Assembly: GCA_012295275.1 (NCBI GenBank)
Contig: CM022674.1
Coordinates: forward strand, 14,198,001 to 14,262,000
Direction: 5' to 3'
Length of the DNA: 64,000 bases
From: Chrysomallon squamiferum
Taxonomy: Eukaryota > Animalia > Mollusca
The position numbers were made by a program, and so were the translations under genes. Positions 1-14,297 of this stretch are shown piece by piece (the first letter of the stretch is position 1; each line of letters starts with the position of its first letter). The notes under the pieces were generated by a model, which worked only from the letters and a program-made list of their open reading frames with translations, was not told where the DNA came from and did no database searches.

Positions 1-192
1 ACGTCTTATACAGCTTCCTTTTACGTAAATAGAACACGAAAATTAAAAAAACAAAACAAACAAAAAAAACAAAAAAAAAAACGTGTTTAATCATGATAGA
101 CACCACTAGTGTCATAATAATGATAATGATGTGATGATGACGACAACAAGAACAGAAACAATCATAATATTAATAAGAACAGTAGCAGTAGC

Positions 193-224
<32 letters not shown>

Positions 225-258
225 CAGTAGAAGTAATAACAGTAGTACTAGCAGCAGC

Positions 259-538
259 AGAAGTTGTAATAATAACAGTAATAATGGTAGTAGTACATGT
301 ACCAGAAATGTGGTAGTATTACTTGTAGAAGTAGTAATAATAACAGTAATAATGGTAGTAGTACATGTACCAGAAATGTGGTAGTATTACTTGTAGAAGT
401 AGTAATAATAACAGTAATAATGGTAGTAGTACATGTACCAGAAATGTGGTAGTATTACTTGTAGAAGTAGTAATAATAACAGTAATAATGGTAGTAGTAC
501 ATGTACCAGAAATGTGGTAGTATTACTTGTAGAAGTTG
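259..538. repeat. 68-bp minisatellite, ~4 copies, embedded in (GTA)n-rich low-complexity DNA
   Basis: ACCAGAAATG recurs at 301, 369, 437 and 505 (period 68); copies are nearly identical. Confidence 0.95.
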
Positions 539-3500
539 CACTAGTATAATTTGTTGAAGTAACCGATGTAGTTGTTGTTGCAGTAGTTGTAATTGTAGTA
601 GCAGTGGTAATAGCAGAAATATAGTAGTAGTAATACTACTAGTAGACGTAGCAGTAGTAGAATTTGTAGTAATTTTCGTAGTAGTAGTAGTAGTAGGAGT
701 TGTAGTTGTAGTACTAGTAGCAGCAGAAGTATTAGTTGTAATGAATTAACAATACGAATACTGCCATACAGAGAGCAACTATCAAAGTTAAATCATAAAA
801 AAGAGAAATCCAATAAAAAAATAAATAAAAAACCCGTGACAAGAAAATGATAGCTAAGTGTCAGTTCTGTCGAACGAATCACTGACGTCTGTCACAGAGA
901 AAAAACAACAACAGAGTACAACAGAGTAAGCCGATAAGTGACGCGAAGTGTCTGAATCAGACTCGCTGTCAGTATTTGCAGCGCGTGCCTGTGATCAGAT
1001 GACCTAATTGTAGCGCTTCAACAAGTTAGTTTTCTATAACTGGATTTACAGTTCGCCTGTGATGTTCTTTCTTGACGTCAAAATAAGATTTTTACACAAG
1101 TTATCTCGAATCACACTTTCTTATTCCTTTTTTAATGTTTCTGTTGTTGTTGTTGTTGTTGTTGTTATTGTAATTAGGATTAATGCCAATATTATCCTAC
1201 TCCGCCTGCCCCCCTCATCGTCATCATCATCATTTTAATTTCTCATGTTGTTACTGTTGTAAAAAATCGTATTTAGAAACACTATTATATAAGTTTTGTA
1301 ATGCAGTTTTGTATACTACTATACATCTGTCTACACTTTAATTGTATAGTCAATTTTATTTAAAATCATTTTCTGTTTCAAAGAACCGATCAGCCAATCA
1401 GTTTTGACTGTAACATTGATTGACACTTGCACCTTCTCGCTGATTGGTTGATGCGTTTACCCCTTCATTTGTTAATTCAGTTGATTCTTTTATTCATAGA
1501 TATAAACTTATTCACTAATTCATTTACTCATAAGAATTACTAATCATTATGAAGTACGGACTGGTGATTGAAACCACATATCTGATTATCGTTGTTTTTA
1601 ATTTAATAATATTCTCGTTGGTCTGTAGCGTATAGTTATTTGGGAGAAGTTTCTGGAATCTCTTGATCGAGAATTATTGTTTTTACTAAAATAATTGTTA
1701 TATTAATTTTTATTTCATCGATTGCATTTTGAAAGTGTTTATCTGCGAATTTGTTTCTTCTTTTCTTCTTTTTATTATTTTTATCTTTCTGTCTATTTAT
1801 CTGTCTATCTAAGCTTACATCTGTCTTTCTATCTAGTTATATCTATATATCTATCTGTATGTCTGTCTACATATGTATGTATTCATATATGCATATATAT
1901 ACATATATCTATTTATCTACGTGTACCTCTACCTATCTCTACCTATGTGTTTCGTTTCTTTATTTTATTTATATTTTTTTCTTAAACAAATTTATTAATC
2001 GTTTCATTTCTTAGTCTGAGGAGATTTGGAAACTGAAAGCGTGAACGAGTGACATGTAATTGTAACAGTGACAGTGACAGTTAATTTCTTCTCATAAACT
2101 GTAGGATTACATTACAGAGAAGAATGTATTAGAGATGTATAATAACAAAACTAAAATGCACATGTGTGGAAGGTTAACATGGCCGCAGTTGTTTGTCTTC
2201 ACAAGTACAAAAAATCACCGCGTTTACCCAGCACCAGGATTATCTTTGCGTTTTCTCAACGCTCAGCAGTCGTTCAGACAGAACTTACTTCTCACATTAT
2301 TCATTAGTAATGTATGGACGCCCGTACGGACCAATTGCCTCAGCTACGTCAAAAATGCCGCATTAGCATCGCCGACAACAACATTCCCAATCAGTTTTGT
2401 ACCCTCTGGGGCCTTTCTGCTGAGAGCAAACAGGTCAGAGATCAACTCCAGCTGAGTTCGCTCGTAACCCCGCCCCCAGGGGAGCTGAACGCGTCGAGTC
2501 CTTGGCCGGCCATTAGCTTGGTTTTGTGCTTCTTGACGCAGGCAAAGACATATCATCTGAAATTAATCTCTTTACTCTCTTGTTATTGTTTCATCCATTT
2601 CAAAAAATAATATCGTGTTTTTCTGTTGTTGTTTTTTTTTTGTTCTCAGGCTTCTGTCAGAAATAATGTACGAGTCTAATTATTTATTTATAAATGAGAA
2701 TTACGATACTGAAGTGCTCATTTTCAGTGGTAATTTCGATATAAAAGAATGCATGTAATAACGACGTGTTACTCTTTCTATCATTCTATCTCTATGTCCG
2801 TCTGTCTGTCAGTATAACTTTTTATGTGTATCTGTAAGTCCATCTCCATGTTTGTCTGTCTGTCAATCTATCTTTTTGTAGCTGTCAGTCGATCAATCTA
2901 TCTGTCTGTCTGTCTATCTGTTATGTGTGGCTGTCTGTTAGATTGGTCAGTATTTTCACATTAAAACATCAACACATGAACTGATCTCTGTGCTCAACAT
3001 CAAAACGTTCATTAAGAGTCACGAGAATTTAGAAAGAAAAACGAAAGAACGAGAGAATGAAGTAAAACAAAAGTGAATGAATGAAAAGAAAGGAAAAGAT
3101 CAAATACAAATGAGAGAAATAAAAATCAAATAGTGGTAATGAAAAAGTGAAAAGAGAACAATTTTTAAAACACAACACAACAAAACAAACCGACAGAAAA
3201 TAAAGAAGAAGAAAAAGTAAACAAACTTCAGATCCGTCTTCAGACTCGTACAGTTTTAGCAAACTTTTACATGTTTTAGAGTCTCAGAAATTATTTTCAT
3301 TTAAGAACATTTCATCATTCTTATTTCACTTGGTGAAGGTCATATTTCTCTGAATATACGAACAAATTTCAGTCAGAAATCGAATTTAATAAAATCCTCG
3401 TCACGAACAGTTTTAAGTAAAACATGAAGAAATCACTGTGTCGTTGAGACTGACAAGAATCTTTCTTTCATTCGACTTTAGAATTTTTGGTGGATAAATC

Positions 3501-4004
3501 ACTGAAAAGTACAAGATTTCAAAGAACGCAGAGAACAAGACGGCGACATAATCGATTGCCCTAGGCAATATTTTTATCATATTATGCACATAAACTGTTA
3601 AATAAAACTTGAACTCTTTAAAGATTTGGGAGACAGACATGACGTAGGAATTCAAATAAGTAAAAATAAAAACTAAGCTTCACGGAAATTGAGAAAAAAA
3701 GGAAAAAAAGAAGAAGAAGGTGAAAATAACCCCGCTAATTTTTTAACTGATTTAATGTAATTGCAGTATTTTCCATTTTTTTCTTCCTTTCCTTTGTTTG
3801 TTTGTTTTCTTTCTTTCTTCTTTTTTTTAACTTTATTTTCTTTCTTTAGTTTTGTTTTCTTTTTCTTTTTTCTTTTCTTTTTATTCTAAATTGTTTTAAA
3901 AGCATTTTACATTATTTTGAAATCATTTACCAACGTAACAGTGTTAACAACACCAAAACAGAGAAGATGAAAAAAGTGAATTTCACAAAAGGTCAAGAAA
4001 CAGA

Positions 4005-4041
<37 letters not shown>

Positions 4042-4776
4042 AGATGTTCATATTCTGAAAACATCATTTGTGAGGTTAATGGACATCGAAAGCTTTTCTT
4101 GATTATACAAAGTGAAACAGAAAGATTTGATTAAGATTTTGTTTTTGTTTATCGATAAAAGTAAACGAAAAATGAGAGAAAATTAAAATGAGAACAACGA
4201 CAGAAAGTTTTTATTTTTTTGTTGTTTAAAGAAAAATATTTCGTGTTAGGCTTAAAAGGAAATGAATGAAAAAGTGAAAGAAGCAAAAGAAAAATGAAAA
4301 AGAAGAGAGAAAGAAGTAATGGTAGAGTTAAGAAAACAAGTATCAAAGAAAAATCACGAATTTCATGACTTTTTTGTGTTTCTTTTTCTTGCTAAAAGTA
4401 AATGAAGGTAAAAAAGGAAAAAATAAAATAGAACAAGAACAACAAAATTAAATAGAGAAAAAAAACAAAAAAAATCTGAATTTTTTTTCGTTTGCATGCT
4501 TGTTGCCAAAAGCGATAGAAACAAAAGATGAAAGGAACAGTAAAAGAAAGAACGGAAGAAGAAAAAAGAAGTAGAAAGAAAGGAAGAAGAAAAAAAAAAA
4601 AAAAAACAAAGGAAATAATGAATAAAGGGAAAGAAAGAAAACAAGTATGGAAGCAGTACAAAGAAAAAATAAATGAAAAGAGAAGAGAGAGTCAGAGAAA
4701 GACAGACAGTCAGACAGAGAAACAGAGAGACAGAGACTGATAGAGAGGCAGACAGAGACAGAAACAGAGACAGAGA

Positions 4777-4946
<170 letters not shown>

Positions 4947-5032
4947 GACATAAACAATCAAGAAAATAAAAATTCGGTTGAACAAAAATAAAATTTCAAT
5001 GTCATAACGTTTCCGTTTTAATTCACAACACC

Positions 5033-5050
5033 ATTTCCGGCCGCCATTTT
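5033..5050. promoter_or_regulatory. Adjacent ETS-like (ATTTCCGG) and YY1-like (CCGCCATTTT) motifs
   Basis: Sequence ATTTCCGGCCGCCATTTT; motif match only. Confidence 0.3.
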
Positions 5051-5269
5051 ACCGTCGTCACTGTCTGATGAACGGATAGTTTTCTGTGACCTACTTTCAG
5101 CAAAACTGTTATTTTTGTGACTGACAGCATCCATCAACAGCTGACCTGTTTATAGAAATACCTGTCAGAACATTCAAGAGGAAAAGAAGAAGACAAAGAA
5201 GTGAATTATTATTCCGGTTTTACATTAAAACGAGAAAAGTTTATTTTATGTTTTCTCTGTGGTTGACAG

Positions 5270-5321
5270 GCGACAACAGAATGGAGGACGTTTTGATAGT
5301 AAAAAATCTCAGAATACCAAG
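5270..5321 (+). other. Candidate 52-nt spliced exon of an unidentified transcript
   Basis: Pyrimidine tract ...ttttctctgtggttgacAG, then 52 nt open in two frames (RQQNGGRFDSKKSQNTK or DNRMEDVLIVKNLRIP), then AAG|gttagc. No homology recognised. Confidence 0.2.
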
Positions 5322-5462
5322 GTTAGCAATAAGAATTTTAACCATAAATAGACATTGTAAATAATGATGATGATGATGGTAACATAGTAATAACAATATG
5401 GGTAATTACAGCTACTACTGATATTGCTACAACATTGCTACCACTACCGCCACCAGTAAAAT

Positions 5463-5530
<68 letters not shown>

Positions 5531-5638
5531 TCAAGAACAACAATAACAGTTATAATAGTAGTAATAATAAAAATATATTAATAATGAATAAATTCTACTA
5601 CTACTAATAAAACAATAATAATAATAATAAAGTAGTAA

Positions 5639-5682
<44 letters not shown>
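5463..5682. repeat. Compound (TAC)n/(TAA)n/(GTA)n trinucleotide microsatellites
   Basis: Direct reading of the sequence. Confidence 0.9.
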
Positions 5683-6172
5683 ATGAAGAAATAAAACCGA
5701 CAAATTATTAATATTTAAAGGAAAATTAAATCTGTGATGTTTTAAAGCGTGTACATGACATTATATTAATAACTTTCTGTCTAGAGAAAACTAAACCGAT
5801 CTGTTACGTAGACAGCTGGAAATTAATGCATTATTTGTGACTGATATTTCTGAAAACAAGGGATTAAGAAATCAGGACTGAAATATGAAGAAGATAAATA
5901 CATCAGGGGCTAATGGAGAAGCTGTATCTCCATCTCCATCTCCATCATCAGCAAACAGTTTTCTGCTTTGTGAACGTCAGGTTATTTTACCTTTTGTATA
6001 TTTATATCAGTCAGTGTTTGTGTGCGTGTGTGTGTGTTCGCGCGCATGTATTTGTGTATGTATATGTGTCTGTGATGTGTTCTTGAGTATGTGTGTGTAT
6101 GTGTCTGTGTGTTTGTGTTCTTGTGTTATTGTGTTATTGTGTGTGTGTCTGTGTGCTTATCTTTAAGAATCT

Positions 6173-6271
6173 GCAACACAATACTTATCTAAAATAGCAA
6201 CACAATACTTAACTAAAATAGCAACACAAAACTTAACTAAAATAGCAACACAAAACTTAACTAAAATAGCA
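6173..6271. repeat. 24-bp minisatellite, 4 copies
   Basis: Unit GCAACACAAWACTTAWCTAAAATA repeated in tandem. Confidence 0.95.
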
Positions 6272-6491
6272 GCAGATATTCTCTGACTTAAGACTTGAAG
6301 AAGAAGATGAAAAGGAAAAGAAAATTCGTACTTTAATGTTACCACTTTTATTTTGTTCGGGTAACGCAAACCCTAATCACACACGTGTTCAAAATGATTA
6401 TAAATTTGCTAGAAACCGGAAATTCATCACAGCAGGAAGGTCAGTTATTCGCACGCTTCCGTGGATAGCGGAAGTAACGAACTTTCAGAAA

Positions 6492-6528
<37 letters not shown>

Positions 6529-7018
6529 AATTATTTATTCTATATCTGCGCATGTCCTTCTTTCACTTTGTTAGAAAATTTAAAAAAATTATGACTTTGT
6601 ATTTCTTGATTGAAGCTGTCGTATGTGTTTTTAACTACTGAAGGCACCGCGGTTGTAAACTGTTCTCAGTAAATCTGCAGATTACCTGAACAATATTTTA
6701 TTTTATTATTAGTTATAACATCTTTACTTCGCTGGGTTACTTATACATAATGCGTATAATCGTCATACATGCGGTAAACTGTCTCAAAATGAACCTGAAA
6801 TTTACCATGATACAAAACATTTCTTACGCAGGGGCTTAAAACGTCTACCCCGCCCCTTTTTTCCAACCCTCAGTCTCAGCGCCCAGAGTGCTCCTAACAA
6901 GCACCTAGAACTGACTGCAAGGAAAACAGCAGATGTTCAGACACTTTAATTTTGGCATTTCAGACTGTACGACAGATGTAATAAAATATATCTGTAAAAG
7001 TGTTTTTAGGAGACATTT

Positions 7019-7019
7019 C

Positions 7020-7109
<90 letters not shown>

Positions 7110-7186
7110 ATGGAATAAGAGAAATTCAGAAATTCAGACTAATGATGATGATGATGATGATGATGACGATGATGATGATGATGACG
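7019..7186. repeat. (CAGA)n(GA)n microsatellite followed by (GAT)n
   Basis: Direct reading of the sequence. Confidence 0.95.
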
Positions 7187-7874
7187 AAGTTAATAAAACC
7201 AGATTAAATCGTTCCATAGTTCTATAATCAGTAAAGATCGTCTCTCTATGATAAATTGCACTGCACGATTATTCACTTTATTATACACATAACTGGTCTG
7301 TCCAATTCGCTATTTCGGTTTGGGATTGGCCTCAATGTTAACGTCTCGATATTTGTCTCCAGTACGTCTGGAGATCGCTTAGACTGTCTTGCCGGACGCC
7401 GTATGAAATATTCATTGTGAAAATGATTTAGTGCGTACGACTGTGTTATCCCTCTGAGTTCGGCTCAAGCATGCATACCGTAGGCAGACAGGGAATGTTT
7501 GATACCTGATAATTTCAACAACAGCGGGTGTTTGGACTATAAACAGTTAATTAAAATGTAAAAACTGTCAAACACTGTCGTAACTTGGCTGCAATACGTC
7601 TGACATTTACTCGACTGCAGACAAAAGTGATAATGAAATTTCTAGGGTCGATTTGGCTAAAATAAATGTCAGAATCATTATAATACGCACAGATACAAAC
7701 GTACACACCCACATACATACATACATACATACATAAAGACGCATACATACATACATATAATCATCCATTATTCCATGCATACGTTCGAGTCTCGTCAGCG
7801 GCATCTCGTGGGGTTTGTGATGTCGTGATTGGACTTTGTCCTCCCTGTCAGTGCGTTCCTGAACATTGTGAAGA

Positions 7875-7912
7875 GTCTATTCAGACGTACAGAGAATATT
7901 CTGTGCTAAAAT
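7875..7912 (-). repeat. Degenerate fragment of the dispersed repeat found at 35930 and 39119
   Basis: TCTATTCAGACGTACAGAGAATATTC resembles TCTAATCAGATGTACA(TACGACA)GAGAATATTC at 39127-39159. Confidence 0.5.
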
Positions 7913-8222
7913 ACACACATACATAAACACAGATATTTTAGATTTTATTATAAGATCAGTTTTACAGTTTAATTTTTTAAACATTTACTGTGAGATGTTT
8001 TATTGTTTTATCTGTAAATATATAAACTACTCGACTGACGTGGTGTCTCAGGGTTATTCTTACATGGTATATTTCCTGTTCCAGACAGTACTCCACCACT
8101 CACATTTATGTTATACAAACACATACATAGATGCACGTGTACGTATATACATACACAGATACATATACATACACATATAAATATTTACACAAACACATAT
8201 ATGTATACATGCACACACTTAC

Positions 8223-8226
<4 letters not shown>

Positions 8227-8291
<65 letters not shown>

Positions 8292-8320
8292 AATATATAC
8301 GCATATATACACACATGCAT

Positions 8321-8352
<32 letters not shown>
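8227..8352. repeat. (AT)n and (GT)n microsatellites
   Basis: Direct reading of the sequence. Confidence 0.95.
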
Positions 8353-8353
<1 letters not shown>

Positions 8354-8886
8354 TATCCTTTAATAGAATTCAAAAACTGTACCAGCGTATCTGGTGCAGC
8401 GAGTTTTCTCTTTGATGTCACAACTCATCAAAAGCTGTAAGTACATTTCACAGTTAAAATGTCGTTAAAGTCAATTTTATTTATTTCCTAGAAGTTATGA
8501 AAGTATCATTTGAACACTCTACACGGAATACCAATCATTACACGAGTAAAAAAAATAAAACTTTTACTTCGCTGTGAGACGAGTTTAATTTTCAGTCAGG
8601 GCAAAGTAATCGTGTCTCTCCTTTGTTCTCTCTCGACCACTGATGGTCTTCAGTAATCTGTCTTTGACACTCGCCTGATTTCGTCGGCTTGTTTACGGAG
8701 TAACACGAGGCAGATTGTAACCCGAATCATTTATCATTGTCGTGTTTATAAATTTTAACTGTCACCCGAGAACTAAACCATACACCCCTCCACCTCCTCA
8801 CCAGCAAAACCCTCCTACGCGAACAATTCAGATATGTGATCACGTGACAGTCGTTAGTGGAATATTTAAATGAGATTGCTTTTGTT

Positions 8887-8890
<4 letters not shown>

Positions 8891-8953
<63 letters not shown>
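8891..8953. repeat. (TC)n microsatellite
   Basis: Direct reading of the sequence. Confidence 0.97.
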
Positions 8954-8957
<4 letters not shown>

Positions 8958-9048
8958 TGAAGTGACTGTTTTAAGAGTGTGTATGTTATCTGTGTGACAC
9001 AACTATGTATTCGTCATGCATTGCGTAGAACAAAAAAAAAAAAAAAAA

Positions 9049-9091
<43 letters not shown>

Positions 9092-9695
9092 AAATGGTTA
9101 ATATGATAAGAACTAATTTATTGGTTCTATGGTAATCATTTTTCTCTTGATATAAAAAAGAACACTAATTATAAAACTGCTAGTTCTGTTGTTAATTACC
9201 ACGTGTTTGTGGTACACTGGTGATACTCAACACTAGCATTTCTCTGTATACAGTAAATTATTTGGTTCAGTGGTTAGAGCGCTGACGAGTTCAGATCCGT
9301 CTCTCTCTCTCTGGTTGTGTCAGTTATCTCCCGCTACCGGAAGTGTCCCCGTGTCAAATGTGTTGATACGTACTGTCCTGTCTCTCACTCAAGCAGACAG
9401 AATAATACTTTGTGCTAAAAGAAATAAGTCGCCTGTTTCCTTGATGTTGCGGGTTTCTTCTCTCTTTATATTTGGTCCTCAGACACATCTGCATTAAACA
9501 TGTTTTGATTGTCTCCTGCTTTTCTTTTGTCGCTAGATGATGTTTCTGTATTGTCCTTTTACTCGAAAGTTAACATTTCTCTTTTTCCACTTTTTTCTTC
9601 TTTTCTCGGGCGAGATTAAGTAAGTAAAACTCGGCATGTTTGAACATTTGTAACCTCTTGGTGATCATATACCATTCCAGATACTGCTCCTTAAT

Positions 9696-9734
<39 letters not shown>

Positions 9735-11311
9735 TTATAAAAACATGTGGGAAGATGTTCTTACAAATTAAAGATAATTAATGATTTATCTCAAACCAAC
9801 ATTAAAAACACAAACACACATAATTTATACATACATATATACACGTACATAATTGACAGACACACACAAACACACAGACCCACAGACACGCACACGCACA
9901 TACAAACAAACAAACGACCTAATAATTCAGCTTTATTTACCCCATTTCTGACCAAGTCTCTCTTGAGGTCAGAATCAACAAACATTTAACTTCAAAACAT
10001 TTCAGTCGCAGTATTTTCACTGTTTCATTCGTCATCAAAATACTTGCCACTGTATTAGGTGTTGAAATATACTGCATGATAAACGTATTCATTTATTTAT
10101 TCATTTATTTATCGAGCGGCCCATCTTGAAATGACGATGAAGTGAGAGATAAGTTCAGATGAAGTTCAAGTAATTGTTTAAAAGCACCGGGGATCAAACC
10201 TGCCTGGTGTAAGAGTAAATTTTTAACAAATTGTGAACGTGACACCCACCACACACAAGATTTAGAATGAGAACATATATCACACAGGAAATTAACTTGA
10301 CAATATTAATCATTCATAACAGTAGGAATACAGTTGTATATGCACGATTTGGTTCACTGAAGGGTGGGGGAAGAATTGATTTGCTTACAGTTTTATTCAG
10401 ATAAAAGCAGAAAGTTATCAGTTTCATCTTGCTAAACTCTTCGTAGTGTTTCGTCTGAATTCGGAAGGAAAGTTGACCTTTGACTTCTGACTCCTCTCGT
10501 AAATAGAGCGGATGTCGCGTTAGACGTGAATACTGGTCTTAACAGATCTAGGTTGTATAAGTTTGTAAACTGTTGTTAAACAGATGTTAAATGATTTTTT
10601 AATAACCTTTCTATATTCCAGTCAGTTTAAAAATCAGTTTTCTCTGTGCTCACAAAGAACTCGGCTGTTGAAATGTTTTTTCCAGGACGAAATGTGTGCA
10701 ATTAAACAGAATCTACAAGAATTGTGTCTTGGGACTTCTCTGCTTGCCAGCACGTGTGGACAATTTACTTTGGAATAATTAGGTACAGAAAATAACTGTT
10801 AAACTGACAGGTACGTTCAGTAATCATAAATAGTTATACGTTCAGTAATTGTAGATATATCTATGAAGTTATAAACTGAAACGTCAGTTTACCTTGAAAG
10901 TGTTTGTTCTAATTGCATTTGTACGAAGCTTAAAGCATCTTTAAATTATAAAAGTTATATTTAACCTAGAAGTTCCTGTGAAATTAAAACTCTTATTTAA
11001 CTAAATGTTTGCCAATATTAAACCAATATTTCTGTTAACGTATACAAAAAAACATTAAAACAAGTGCTTTGTTAATATTAAAATTAAAAATAGATTTAAC
11101 TGAACTTGTTGTCAGTATAAAACATATATCTAAAGAAATTGTATATGAAATTCAAAACTAGACATAAGTTATTTGGCTTTATTAGATCTATATTAATTTA
11201 CAGTAAATACGAAATTTAAACCTTCATCTATTTAAGATACGGTAATTTCAAAATTTAAAGCTCTCTTTTAATTTTTGAACGTGTCAGTATTTTATGTTTA
11301 TATATGTGTCG

Positions 11312-11668
11312 TAACACACTCACTCACACAATTTCAAAATTTAAACACACACTTAACAACTTTTTTTGAACACAGAGAATATATTATGTTTACAACATAT
11401 ACACACACATAACACACTCACACACACATAACACACACTCACACACACATAACACACTCTCACACACACACACATTCACACACACAGAGAATATATTAAA
11501 CTTACAACACACACTCACACACACATAACACACACTCACACACACATAACACACTCTCACACACACATAACACACTCTCACACACACATAAACTTACACA
11601 CACTCTCACACACACATAACACACTCTCACACACACTCTCACACACACAGAGAATATATTAAACTTAA
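11312..11668. repeat. CA-rich composite repeat (CACACATAACACACTCA units) with three CACAGAGAATATATTA anchors
   Basis: Anchor motif at ~11371, ~11483 and ~11646 separated by CA-rich units. Confidence 0.85.
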
Positions 11669-11871
11669 ACTGAGATATAACCACACAGTTCAGTTCGCTG
11701 TGGCAACCAAAACTAAATCAGTGAACGCCGTCAAATGTAAACTTGGAAAATCGCGACGTCGTCGAAGGTGCAGTGAAGCGAGCAGCAGACAGTTTTCTTT
11801 ATTTGCTCTTTCACAAAGCAGATAGCATCTCACAGACATCCTATTACAGGTAATTTTTGATGCTTACACAT

Positions 11872-11888
11872 GGTTGCCAATGGCAACC
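11872..11888. promoter_or_regulatory. RFX X-box-like palindrome
   Basis: GGTTGCCA-A-TGGCAACC is a perfect 8-1-8 palindrome fitting GTNRCC-N(0-3)-RGYAAC. Confidence 0.45.
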
Positions 11889-12053
11889 TCTGTAAGTGGA
11901 TAACGCGTTTGATTGGCTTCTTCCTTCTTTTTGCAGCACTGAGTGACAACTGGACCGAACAGACGAACTCGCTCTTCAGCTGAATCCTTTCAAAACCAAT
12001 TCCAGTCGTAACCGCCGTTTCTCTTTCTCATTCGTAGACTCACCGTCAAACAC

Positions 12054-12067
12054 GTTGTCATGGAAAC
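12054..12067. promoter_or_regulatory. RFX X-box-like site
   Basis: GTTGTCATGGAAAC, overlapping the hairpin TGTCATGG-AAA-CCATGACA (12056-12074). Confidence 0.4.
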
Positions 12068-12540
12068 CATGACATTTTCGGAAAGAATGGTGCCCGAACT
12101 CGATTTTTATGACAAAGCGGTTGACAAATTTCAGTATAATGCGAGATTAAAGTTTAGCTAATACGGAAAACAGGACGGCTCTGCCCGATTTATCTGTAAA
12201 GACCTCAGCAACGACAGACAAGTCGTGAAAATAACAGCAGCATCAACAAGAGTGATCATCAACACAAATTCTCATATAGGTATACGACAACAGCAACATT
12301 TAAAACAACGGTGAGGATGTAGTGGTACTAAGACTTTATAACAAAAGTAAATGAAACGCTACAGTTTTTATTACCTACATTTATCAGTGATATCGGTGAC
12401 ATAAAACGAACACAAAATCGCTACAGTTCAACCTATCACCATCAGTTAAACCAGTTAGGTTACTTTTCTGTAACAGCCGTTTGAGTCATAAATAACTGTG
12501 TTGTACGTCATCTGTCTGTGCACACACATACAAACAAACA

Positions 12541-12644
12541 TAGATATAGATAGATAAATAGATACATACATCTATAGATACATACATAATAGATAGATAG
12601 AGAGACAAACAGACGGACAGACAGACAGACGGACAGACAGATAA

Positions 12645-12677
<33 letters not shown>

Positions 12678-12765
12678 CAGATAGATAGATAGATATAGAT
12701 AGATAGATAGATAGATAGAGAGCCAGACAGACAGATAGGTAGGTAGGTAGATAGATAGATAGATA
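12541..12765. repeat. (GATA)n/(GACA)n compound microsatellite
   Basis: Direct reading of the sequence. Confidence 0.93.
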
Positions 12766-13541
12766 ATAACAATGACAATTTGTGTATTCATATCATTTGA
12801 CAGCGAGTTATCAGTGACACACATGTTGTCATAGACAGGAAAACACCTACCACGGACTTTGACAACTCAGTGGCGGGGCACTGATTGGAACGAGAGAAAA
12901 CTGAGTCGGAGGAGTGTGAACCTGAGACAAATCATATCTCAGACATTTGTTCTGTTTTACTCATTCAAGTGAACGAAAGAAGAACGAAAGCAGAAAGAAA
13001 AAAAAGAAAGAATCGATGAATGAATGAAAATATTAAGACTACGTGCTTTACGTCTACGGTACCTCGGTGTTTTCGTTGGTTCTGATTACATGTGCAGCAG
13101 CAAAACAGAGTGACCCAAGAGACTTGAATCAGTTCTGTGTTTATTTTGGCAAACTAATCTGTCTTCCAAAGAACAGTTTAAAACAGTCAAGCATCTACTC
13201 GAGATCAAAGCACAGCTGTCATTCAGGGCGTGAGTTATCTGCCCTTGACTTTGTGCTGCTTAGACGAGAAAGACTGACAACTTATATTTCATCAGTAATT
13301 ATTAAAATCATTATAATTACAAAGAAATTTAATAATCTAAGGGAGATAATTCAATTTTTTTTTTTTTTTTTTTTTTTTTTCTTTGGTCTGTGAGTGAAAG
13401 AACTGTATTTCAGTGATACAGGAATGAAATATGCATCTGACAATACATCATGTTTTATTGTTGTTGGTTTTAATACCAAAACAATAAAGGTAAATGCCAG
13501 AACGTTAATTTCTAAGAATAACAAGTTTATTATGGTTTAAT

Positions 13542-13547
<6 letters not shown>

Positions 13548-13633
<86 letters not shown>
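13548..13633. repeat. (TA)n(GA)n microsatellite
   Basis: Direct reading of the sequence. Confidence 0.97.
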
Positions 13634-13636
<3 letters not shown>

Positions 13637-14070
13637 TATAGTATAACAAAATATAAAGAGTAACAAGGAATTTCATAATCATGGAAATCACACGTAAATC
13701 ATTTGCTACATTTTACGAACAACAACAACAACAACAATAACAATAATAATAATAAAAATAACGCGATTATTTCAGTGTAAAAAAGCAGTCTGACTCGATA
13801 CATTGCACAAACAGGACGACATGTTGATGTGAGCAGTGAATATTGTCAACAAGTTTTTACTGTGACCAGCTGCGCTACCTGAACTCGGCTGATCTTTCAT
13901 TTACTTTGTTTTCATAACACACGTTGTAAGTACACCTAGTGAAACATATTAAGTGAAAATACTTTTTGTGAAGCGGATTCTTCATTTGAATTACAGCAGT
14001 AAATCGTCGTCATGTTAAACAGGATGAGTGTTAATGAACTGTTTTTGATTATAAGAATTTGTTGATATAA

Positions 14071-14297
<227 letters not shown>

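Noticed and set aside
12038-12161. Plus-strand terminal exon candidate LTVKHVVMETMTFSERMVPELDFYDKAVDKFQYNARLKFS*
   Set aside because: The acceptor is plausible, but there is no recognisable homology or partner exon, and it overlaps an X-box and an opposite-strand donor.
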